Shown here: one piece after another, positions 11,917 through 22,435 of the stretch | Numbering within the stretch: position 1 is the first letter of the stretch | Layout of the letters: each line of letters begins with the position of its first letter | Assembly (NCBI GenBank): GCA_964016885.1 | Contig: OZ024743.1 | Coordinates: forward strand, 345,092,001 to 345,156,000 | Source of the DNA: Eledone cirrhosa | Lineage: Eukaryota | Reading direction: 5' to 3' | DNA length: 64,000 nucleotides | The notes under the pieces: generated by a model | Seen by the model: the letters and a program-made list of their open reading frames with translations, nothing else | What the model was told of the DNA's origin: nothing | Database searches by the model: none | Translations under genes and position numbers: made by a program

Positions 11917-12515
11917 ATATGTGTGAGGGGGGTGTATGTGTGTTTGTATGTTCGTGGTTGTGTGTATGTTTATGCGTATACGCGCGTGTGTGTGTGAATG
12001 TACGTATATGTGTGAGTATATGAATGTGTGTATATATTTATTTTATATTTATATGTGTATACGTATTTTATCTGTAGATTATAAACATACAGAGACATTA
12101 GCCTTGAATTTTTGTATTTACATACATCTTTTTGGCATGCGTATGCATGTGAACATATATCTTTATGCATATCTGTGAACGAAGTTACTTACATATATAT
12201 ACACACACCTAACTGTATAAACTTTTTGTATTTCCATTGGTCAATTTGAACTCTGTTCCCAAACAGACCTGTAATTTTGAATTGTTGTTATTATCAGTAA
12301 ATATATTTCATTATTTCTGAAGACGGCATATATATGTGTTTGGTATGTATATTTAATTTTGATAGTTTGTATAATTTTGTATAATTTTGTACATAGATCT
12401 GTTGAATATGCATGCCAATTCTAACACATATATATCCTAGAAACGATCGTTAAATAATGAACTTTTTTTGTTTAATATAAGGAACTGTTTCATTGTTTTA
12501 TTCATTATTTTTTTA

Positions 12516-12524
<9 letters not shown>
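11917..12524 (+). repeat. 3' pseudo-LTR of the PLE
   Basis: Duplicated in inverted form at 6177-6783; contains the HHR; ends at (TA)n. Confidence 0.88.
12307..12461 (+). ncRNA. Type I hammerhead ribozyme with long stem II
   Basis: Stem I TTCATTATTT (12307-12316) / AAATAATGAA (12452-12461), 10 bp perfect; CTGAAGA 12317-12323; stem II ATATATATGTGTT/AACACATATATAT; GAAA 12440-12443; palindromic stem III AC-GATC-GT; GUU triplet 12449-12451. Confidence 0.75.
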
Positions 12525-12583
<59 letters not shown>

Positions 12584-13013
12584 TATATATGTATACTCAT
12601 AAAAATTAACGGAAACCTGGAATGGAAATTTTCTTTAAAATTTCAAATTCTACGAAAACACTATACATATTTCAATTGCCAATATATTGGTTGTCTGTAT
12701 ATTATAAGTGCATACATTATTTGTCAGTGAAAAAATAAATCACTTATTAGACAAGCCTGCTTAATGCATGTTGCTGATATACCTAATAGTAATTGGCGAG
12801 TCCCAAATAAAAAGCAGTAGGGCTAATGAAGTGTTGGCCTGAACGAGCAAGAAAGGAAACTCGGTCATAGCGCACAGTCAAAAAATATCTTGTACTGGTC
12901 ATGCCTGTCCAAATAAAAATGATGTCTAATGAGTTCAAACCTGGATTTTGGGCATACCTAGAATTTATAATTTGCTTGTAAATTGTACTATGATACTCAT
13001 GAATATTATTTCC

Positions 13014-13203
13014 AGTGGATTAGCAGTATCGGTAGCGAGTCGGACGCCATGCTTTCCAGCATAGTTTCGTCCCTCTACTGTCTGAGTTCAAATCCCGCCG
13101 AGGCTCACTTTGCCTTTCATCCTTACGGGGTCGATAAAATAAAGTACCAGTAATGCACTGGATAATTGCTGGCCTTGTGCCTGCCAAAAGTAGAAACAAT
13201 TAT
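13014..13203 (+). mobile_element. tRNA-derived SINE (same family as 3468)
   Basis: TAGCAGTATCGG A box, GAGTTCAAATCC B box, GCCTTTCATCCTTACGGGGTCGATAAAATAAAGTACCAG core. Confidence 0.85.
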
Positions 13204-13757
13204 TTCCAAATGTGCCAATTATTATTATCATTATTTTCTATCAATATGCTAGAAGTGACAGACAAATGCCACTGACTTTGCTCATGGTCTATTTGCTTAA
13301 CTCATGGTATTCAAGTGATATTTTAGTGATGGGAGATAAATAAAGTTAAGTAACGCACCACAAAATGTATTAGTGTGTGCTTTAATTTATAGTCAAATAA
13401 TAGGTTAATATAATCTACTTACTCCTCATCCAAATTTAAAGCACTGTGCCTATATTATAAATCGTTATTACTATTATTATCATTCTTGTCATTCTTGCTG
13501 CTGCTGATGTTGTTATTGATAGTGTTGCTATTGTTGTTTCTATTGTTTTTGATGATGCTTGTCACATGACTTGTCTATTCTTCTATTTTTCTGGCTTTTC
13601 GTATAAAACAATAGCATAAGCTGATCGCATTACAAAGCACTTAATATAGATTATTGTCTATGCCTAAGCAAGAAAAAAGACCTACAATCATATGAGACAA
13701 ATGTGTGGAGCAGAGCGGTGTTCTAACTGTGTAAAGGTAGACTGTTTACACGCAAAT

Positions 13758-13794
<37 letters not shown>

Positions 13795-14822
13795 CAGTGG
13801 TATAGAGAATAGAATTGATTGACACTGGTTGATTCCAAAAATGGTATGTCAGTTGTAACATGTTGTCGAGATCAATAAAGATGACGAAGTAACACTGTGT
13901 GCCATGATCACCGGCAGTAGATTGCATGCATGACGGCGATGACAATGACAAAAGAAGACGAAGACGATGATGATGATGATGATGATGAAAACGCTTATCA
14001 TATTCTTGATCATTAGCGTGTTTCTCATTATTTTAAGGCACTTGGGGAAAGAAATCTATGGAAATTCTGTTTCAATTTATCCATAGGGAGTTATAGCGGC
14101 TGAAACCTTTCAGACACATGCAGATCGTCCATTTGTTTGGCTCTAGAAATAAGCGTAATTTGATATCACGGTCAAAACATATCTGGTTACTTAAAATCAA
14201 AGGAGAAAATAACGATAAAGTAATTGGGAGAATCGTTGCAAGTTAAAGGTATTCAATTATTAGATCTGATGCCCTTGCAGATCGCATGCATATATATCTA
14301 CTCTATTTCACACTAAATAAGAGAGGATAAACTTTCTTATCATCACATCATGGAAAAGGTTACAAAGTTCCGTCATTCATATTCATACACCATTGTATAT
14401 CTTAGGGCTTGCTGGTTCAAACAGTAGTCTTATGATTTAGCAAATAATACACCTTAAAGTCAAGATGAAATTTAAACTAAATGTTGACGCCAACGATAAA
14501 AATGACCCCCTCAATCACCTCTTCATGTTAAAAAACTCGCAAATGTGTGCTATATGACAGAAAGCATACCAAGAAACTCCACAGCGAAGACCTAACTTAA
14601 ATTTGTGCTAGATGTCGCATATTTGAAGAAGCATTCTTAACTTTTAAGTAAAACAAAGTGTTTTTATAGTTGCAAATTACCGCCATTTACGAGTGACTCA
14701 CGTGATATGGGCTTATCAATGAAACAATTAGGTCCAAACATCATCTTGAATTACCGAATGTATTTTATATGAAATGAAATCAAGGAAGTAAACAAGGAAA
14801 ACTAAACTAAACGACACTAGTC

Positions 14823-14879
<57 letters not shown>

Positions 14880-14986
14880 TATATAAATAAAACAGTTATA
14901 TGATTTATTGATTATTATAAAATATATATAATGAAATAAATATCTTGTTATAAAGATATTTTCCATTTATTAATATTGTTAATATT

Positions 14987-15102
<116 letters not shown>

Positions 15103-15196
15103 TATGTATGTATATATAAATTTGTGATACATCTACATGCCTGCATTCATACCTATATATACCTATCACCCGATACCTCTTTCTCTCCGTCTTACC

Positions 15197-15251
<55 letters not shown>

Positions 15252-15261
15252 GATACATATA

Positions 15262-15339
15262 CAGGGTGTTCGAAAAAATGTATACAGGTAATATTTTTTG
15301 AATGCTGTTGAAGTGTGTATATATTTTAGGGGGAAACCA

Positions 15340-15341
<2 letters not shown>
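15262..15341. mobile_element. 80-bp Tc1/mariner-type MITE
   Basis: TA|CAGGGTGTTCGAAAAAATGTATACA...TGTATATATTTTAGGGGGAAACCATG|TA: imperfect ~25-bp TIRs and TA flanks. Confidence 0.5.
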
Positions 15342-15405
<64 letters not shown>

Positions 15406-15410
15406 TATAC

Positions 15411-15570
<160 letters not shown>

Positions 15571-15597
15571 CGAATATATATATATACATACATATAT

Positions 15598-15643
<46 letters not shown>

Positions 15644-16284
15644 CTTTATATGACTTTGTGCGCATATAATGGTAAATATTTGAATTCGTGGTTGTGTGCA
15701 TGTATGAGCATTGTGCATGATTGACTATGAAAATGATGCAGAAAAAAAAAAATGCTAAATGTATTCGAAAAGAAAATTGAGAATAAAAGAGAAGAAAAAT
15801 GAAAATAAGCTACGAAAAGAGAAGAAAAAGGCGCATGATCGTTGTAGGTATTGTGATTTTCTCAAATAACATTGAATGAGGATGAGTGTTTATTGAATAA
15901 AAATAACAGTTCATTCAGTATTGAGACTCTTTCAATGAATATGAAATTTCAGTCAGGGGATATGAAGTCTTATTCAGCGTGTGGAACAAAACGAATCTCA
16001 TGCAATGATCATATAAATTCTTTCTATGAATACATGCAACAAATATTAAAAAAAGAGAGTCTTTTGTGATTACCTATCCACATGTAAATGACGTAGAAAA
16101 CATTTCTGAATGACGTAATAATTGACAATTAATGACATGACGAAATTTGTTTAAAAATCCTTCTCCTGCACACATCTTTTTTCTCAAATCCTCCCTCACC
16201 CTCTCTGACACCCCCCCCCACACACACACATACACACAAACACACACTCACACACACTCTCTCTGTCGTATCTCTCTATCTGAA

Positions 16285-16351
<67 letters not shown>

Positions 16352-16385
16352 TTATCTATCTATTATTCTATCTATCTATCTATCT
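16285..16385. repeat. (TATC)n microsatellite
   Basis: Direct reading. Confidence 0.92.
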
Positions 16386-16656
16386 GCCCCTGTGGCTAAT
16401 AAAGAAACATATCTATCTATCTATCTATATAATGTGGGCTACATATTATAGTTTTGGTTCAATGACGAATTCTTTGTTTCGCTCTTCTTTATAGATCTTA
16501 AACTGTAAAATTCCGCAAAAGTAATTCTGGGATTCGGCGAGATAAAGTGAATTTTAAAGAAATCAAATACCAACTACATGTTTGTACATGTTACTACCTA
16601 ATTTTCAAATTCGCTAGCCATTTGTAAACAAAGCCTGGTTTGTGTCTCCCTATTTA

Positions 16657-16688
<32 letters not shown>

Positions 16689-16718
16689 CCTACTATTTGA
16701 ATGGCGGGTAGCATGGAT

Positions 16719-16789
16719 GGCGTGTTGGTGTAATGGTAACATATTGGTCAAGAAAACCAAAGATGTGGGTTCGTGTCCCATGTACGTCA
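16719..16789 (+). tRNA. tRNA-like cloverleaf (anticodon position AGA); probable pseudo-tRNA or SINE head
   Basis: GGCGTGT TG GTGT AATGGTA ACAT A TTGGT CAAGAAA ACCAA AGAT GTGGG TTCGTGT CCCAT GTACGTC A: 71 nt, all four stems pair; T-run terminator at ~16799-16805. Non-canonical A33 and T58. Confidence 0.6.
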
Positions 16790-17809
16790 ATGCTCATCCT
16801 TTTTTCCATTCAGAAGGTTTTTTAAAATCCCAACTAACAGACAAATTGTATGTAGTCAAATACGCCGTAAGCACACGTTACTACCTATATATATATATAT
16901 GTATACACATATATATGTGTGTGCGTGTGCGTATGTATGTATGTATGTATGTATGTATGTATGCGCACTAATCACTACATATGTTCCGGGGTAAACAAAA
17001 ATATATAATTATATATATCCAAATATATAAACAATTTCATCAAAATGTTGTACAGTTTTAGAAATACGCATATAAAAACACTCACTTAGTAACACATACT
17101 TTCAATGAATCGCACAAACCCGCCCACATTCAAACATAGAACTATATACATAAAGTCTTACATAAGTACACCTAAAAACAAACATAATTATATACATGCA
17201 CTTCAAGAAACGCTCACCTTCTCAATTTTGTCTTCAACATGCCGTTACCAGAAAACTAGCCAAACGCAAGACACCGGTGATTTATACAATTAGAGCCAGT
17301 TTCTATTTCCTAATGCCTGCTAATAGTGTCTCGAAAGACCTTGATAATGAAATGAAATATGGCCGCCGCCTCTTTCTCTTAAAGCCACTGTTTATTTCTT
17401 TTCAGGTAATACAATATATGAGTTTCAGCCATCTTTATCTCGTGTGTGTGGTCGTTCGACTTTGTTAGCCATAGCACACGATGTCTCACTCAAATTATAC
17501 TCTTATTCTCTTAGAAAACCAAAGACGACATTTGATAATATAGTGCTACATACAATATATTTGAAAGGTGGAACACCTTTTTAGAAATAACAGCAATATA
17601 TCCCCTCAAATTACAGCTAATATCCAAAACTAGGATAATATAAACCTACACGCATTGAGTTTGAACATTTAAGATGGTATGTTCACAGAAGAAACACATT
17701 TGATCATAGTTTTACTGAATGAATGCTGACCTGGTGGCTAAATTTAAATATAACCACAGATTTCTCTAGCATTATCTATATTTACAGAATTGGTCTGCTA
17801 TAGAAGAGG

Positions 17810-18447
17810 TCTCAGGTGATGGATAGCAATAGAGCCACCAGCTATGATGGTTAGATGTGATATAAGTTGGCAACATCCGGACGAATAATCACCCTCGGAG
17901 CAACAACGGTAAACCCCTAGAGGTGGGTGGGGGTGTGGAGCAATGGACGACACCTGTAGCTCCCAAGCAACCCAGTGACGTAGCTACGACGAGGCGAGTA
18001 AAGTCTACCTCTAAAAAAGCCTGAACTTCGCTGGTTTGACAAAATACTAGATTGGTGACTGGTGTCACGGCAATATGATGAAGAAAACAAAAAACGAACA
18101 TCGTCCTTCATGCGAGTTAATAAGGGACGCGTTAAGGACTTAGGTAGAGGGGCTGGTGCGAAAAACATATTGCAGTCTAGATTTAATGCTGCAAAGTTAA
18201 CGATGGAGCTCCAACCTGTTCTGGAAGGCGTGGCGTGGACACACAAAGATTGCGTATCCCCAGAACCAACCCAAAGCGGACCGGAATATAGCAAACCTTG
18301 AGGGTTGGAACCTGGAACATCACAACCCTTACATGTAATGGGCAAGAACTAGGTACTACCGGCTGGATATAGTCGGTGTGTTCTCAACAAAGTTGCCGGG
18401 CTCTGAAACTGTAGATTTAGCTGCAGGATTGAATTTCTATTATTCAG
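17810..18447 (+). mobile_element. RTE-type LINE 5' fragment (putative 5' UTR + start of APE endonuclease)
   Basis: From 18298: LRVGTWNITTL..GQEL / YRLDIVGVFSTKLPGSETVDLAAGLNFYYS, matching the APE N-terminus (GTWNV..L..DIVG). The upstream boundary is approximate. Confidence 0.65.
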
Positions 18448-18680
18448 ATCCCGTGGAACGTAATCATATGCCTTTTCGAGATATACGAAGCTAACACACA
18501 CCTCTTGACGGTACTCCCAAGATATCTCAAATACCTGCCGCAGTGTGAATATTTGGTCGGCTCTGCTGCCTCCGGACTGAACATCACACTGTTCATCAAC
18601 TATCATGGACTAAAAAATATCTTTTGTCTCCAGTTTTGAAAATTGGAATTATCACTCCCGATTGTCATTGCTTAGGAGCT
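18445..18680 (-). pseudogene. RTE-type LINE reverse transcriptase fragment
   Basis: PKQ*QSGVIIPIFKTGDKR, then EQCDVQSGGSRADQIFTLRQVFEISWEYRQEVCVSFVYLEKAYDYVPR (cf. EQCGFR..DQIF.LRQ..FVDLEKAYD). Confidence 0.85.
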
Positions 18681-18739
18681 TTTGCTGAGACCCAGGTCAC
18701 CCAACACATACGCACTAGCTCTCCGATTCCTACGTTTTT

Positions 18740-20021
18740 CCACATGGACCACCCCTCGTTTTCATACACGATATAGATTAGCTCTTCTCCGACATTCCCC
18801 ACGTTGAAGGCCCCCGTGCCCTCCAACACCCCCGACCTTAACCTCTCCCCTCAACTCACCACCTCCACCATCATTCGCCTTGCCGACTTCAAACTCAACT
18901 GATTTTCCTTCTCTGTTTTACCAAGAGGTAACCAGATTGCCCATGGGCACAACATCGGTCGCAACTTCGTCAACGTATTAGTTGGCTACGTTGTCGCCAA
19001 TATTTTTGTCTAATAGACTGATCCCACTTCGAGCTATACGACCATTATATCAACAATCGTATCAACTCCACCTCATTCATCCGGGAACAACTCGACTCTG
19101 CCGCCCTTTCCTCCTTTCCCTCGATTTCAAAATCTCTATCATCCATCCACTGCTTGGGCGTTTCTGTTTCGATTAATCGATTCAACCCTTCTGTTGCTCC
19201 CTTATCACCACTGTCTACTTCAAACTCACCAAATCCTAAATCTACCTCAACTTCATTCCCTCTCGCCCCACTCACACCAAAAACTCCACCCTACTCCTAT
19301 TTCTTCCATCTCGGTACCTGTGCAACCAAACCCACGGTTTTGAGACGCAGGCTCCAAACATGGCCAGACTGTTCACTGGGCGAGAATACCCCTTACCTTT
19401 ACTCAAACCGCCCTCATTCTTTACCGTGAAATTGACTGCACAACCACCCTACAACTACGGTACCACCCTTCCCTCCACCAACCGATTATCCTTCCTCTTA
19501 ACATAACACCTCTTCACCTCACCTCTTCAGAGAACTAACCTCCTTTTTTCTGCCACCCACAATTAGACACCTCCACTTCCCTCTATTTTCCCCTCTGCAT
19601 TTTTGCGCAACCTCTGAAATTTCCTCGTTCGCAGTTGCCTTGCTCTCCACGACTCATGCCGTGTATCACCAACACCAACACCTACACTCGTCCCAACGGC
19701 CACTACTTCCAAATTCGGAACTCCTTCCTCTGCACATCTACAATCAACTACAGGTCCCAATATGATTCCGCCTACATTCGCCAAACCGACCGTCGACTAG
19801 TGAACAGTTTTGCTGAGCATCTTCGGGATATCCATCTCGGCAACCAGTCTCCGGTTGTCAGACATTTCCGTTATCAGACACTTCACCCATCACCATACAG
19901 TTTTTGGCTTTTCTGCACTCATCGGACACCCAGACACATTCTCAAGAGAGAACAGCACCTCACTTTCTTGCTTGAAACATTTACCGCCATCGGCATCGAT
20001 GCACCATCCCTTTTCCTCTAA
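18740..20021 (+). pseudogene. Degraded Penelope-like element (Neptune/Poseidon-like RT remnants + GIY-YIG)
   Basis: SLFSDIPHVEG (~18780), STIIRLA, LPMGT..NF.N.LVGYV (~18935-18990), and F.CTS..YIRQTDRRLVNSFAEHLRDI..SPVVRHF..REQ.L.F.L.T...GI (19635-20021). Many frameshifts and deletions. Confidence 0.75.
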
Positions 20022-21102
20022 TCAGCTCTTTCCCCACATCTACCTCTCAGCCACTCGCGCACTAACACACATGCACTATCTCCAGAACCATGTCTATTCC
20101 CCCCTCTCAGACATGCACATTGATATTCTACGGCACATGCATACATAAACTTACATACACAAAAACGTATAGTTTATTACTAATGCAATTAATTGATTAT
20201 ATTAACACGATTAATTAATTATACTAACGTTACTAATTAACTAAACTAATTCGACTAATTTATAACACTAACAATACTAATTAATTAAAAACGATTAACT
20301 ACTGAACATATCACTACCAATTAATTAAATTCACACTACTATTTAATTAAGCTAACACATCTAATTAATTAAACCAACACAATTTATCAATTAAACTAAC
20401 ATAATAACACACATCAGTACCACTACTGTCACCACCTCCACAAACAATATACACCACTCCGACACAAACACAGACAACACAACTTCACTGTTACCCATGA
20501 AAACTATTGCATTTTTAGAATTCTGTCACATCATCATAACTTTCTCTGTGAGATAAATACATTCACCCCAACACTAACTGCTCTTTTCTGACTACTGACC
20601 CCCAGACCCCTTTCTGAAATAGCAACACGGAAGACTATTTACTTCTTTCCCTTCGAATGCTTCGATAAAAAGCTTTAGATACATATCCCTCTTCTCATTT
20701 GGTATACAAACATACAGTCGGATACAAACAGTTATACAAGCCTATGCACACACACACGCATAAAAAACTTTCAGAAACAGACAGTAATAACCACATAAAT
20801 ACACTCAAAACACACACACACACACACTCATACATAAACATACACACAAAAACACGCGTACACACGCGCAGATATATATGCAAAAATCACAGACACACAC
20901 ACATTTCCATCAACGATACACAAAACATGCACACACATGAAATAGAAAGCATCAAAGACACGCCCACACATGAAATGCACCCCATTTGCACACAAGTAAG
21001 AGAATCAATAATCTACTCGGACTGTCCATCACCTGCCCTTCTCACTCATCACAAAATCCCATTTATCCCCAATCTTCTAATATCCTTTCTCTCCAAAATT
21101 TA

Positions 21103-21552
21103 CTGTTTTTTGATGAAGGACTAACGTCCAATATTTGAAACATTTATTTATCTTCATTCCTAACAAACAAATTAAAGATTTGCGTTATTGTATCTTTGTA
21201 ATTTTTTCGTTAATCCTGCATCATACACACACGCACCCTCCCTCTACACACGTTTACATATACATACATATATGTATATATAGATATAGATATAAAGATA
21301 AGAAGTTGAAAATGCATTTGGAGCCTTTAAGAAAATTTGTTTATAATAATTGTACCGGTTTCACAATTTTCTGATTTTCTGATTTTCTGTGCGTGTGTGA
21401 TTTTCTGTGCGATTTTCTGTGCGTGTGTGTATGATTCAGGATTAACGAAAAAATTACAAAGATACAATAACGCAAATCTTTAATTTGTTTGTTAGGAATG
21501 AAGATAAATAAATGTTTCAAATATTGGACGTTAGTCCTTCATCAAGAAACAG
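21103..21552. repeat. Inverted repeat, ~134-bp arms with ~180-bp spacer; HHR-like remnant
   Basis: 21103-21236 is the reverse complement of 21418-21552; contains TGATGA-AGGAC-TAAC-GTCC...GAAAC. Confidence 0.8.
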
Positions 21553-21566
21553 GATCAACTGACAGG

Positions 21567-21710
21567 ATATATATAACGAAGGAAGTGTGGTAAGGAACCA
21601 GGTGGACCATAACGCACCAGAGTACTCGATACTTTGGGTAGTAGGTTGGGTAATAGTAAAAGGTTCAGGACCCCGACGACAGAGCTCTGCCGTCGGGGTC
21701 CTGAACCTTT
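21567..21710 (-). mobile_element. Second copy of the 4860-5062 repeat, with its own terminal hairpin
   Basis: Shared body (ORFs MVRNQMDHNAPEYSI / MVRNQVDHNAPEYSI); hairpin AAAGGTTCAGGACCCCGACGACAGAG|CTCTGCCGTCGGGGTCCTGAACCTTT at 21658-21710. Confidence 0.72.
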
Positions 21711-22435
21711 CTCTCTCTCTCTATATATATATATATATGGCTAAGATGTACAATAATTATGACAATTTATTCATCTGCCGCATATTTCTACAAAAATAGG
21801 CGACTGTCAAACTAAATAGTGAAAAACCTTACTGAATTTCGATTATTATTCATACATAGCTTTATACATATATTACAATCTGAGTTTCGACTCAAGTGAT
21901 TCATATCAAAATTGTTCATTCTGTGTCATCAGAGTATAAGTAAATTCTTATAAAACAAAGCCGTGAAATGGCATTCTTATATCCCAATAATTACATACAT
22001 AAAATAAGTTGAAAAGAAATATTTGACGACAAATATTCCAATCTTTCGATCATCTGAAAAAGTAACTCTTTAAAATTGTGTAAGTGAGAATTCCACTAAG
22101 ACTTTGCACGCGTAATGTAATTTTCGTGATGAATCAGCTTGGTAGTGTAGATATTTGACCTTTGAATTGACTATAGTGTTAATCTGATGAGCTACCATAG
22201 TTTCTTTTTATACATAAATTCCCCTAACAAGGCATGGGTCGAACTAAATTTGTGGCAGAAGACAGTTGCTAATGATGCCAGAAAAAGAGATCGAACCTAC
22301 CTCGGATGGAATGATTTTGTATATGTGCGCGCGCGCGCGTGTGTGTGTAGGAGGTAGGGGTGCGCGTATTCATTATGATTGATCGTGTATACCTTCCTGT
22401 GAAATTTATTCTGTATTCCAAATGTGTCACTGTTA

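Larger units (their letters stand above)
6177..12524 (+). mobile_element. Penelope-like retroelement (Naiad/Chlamys-type), 5'-truncated, with inverted 5' pLTR
   Basis: RT + GIY-YIG coding region 6783-8911. 6177-6783 is the inverted copy of 11917-12524 (coordinates sum to 18701). HHRs in both repeats; 3' end abuts (TA)n. Confidence 0.9.

Noticed and set aside
12655-12730. Possible minus-strand HHR (CTGACAA...GAAATATGTATA)
   Set aside because: Core mismatch and no convincing stem I/II pairing.
15872-16069. 65-aa ORF and nearby TGACGT motifs (~16089-16120)
   Set aside because: No recognisable domain, TTG start, and the motifs are too short to call regulatory.
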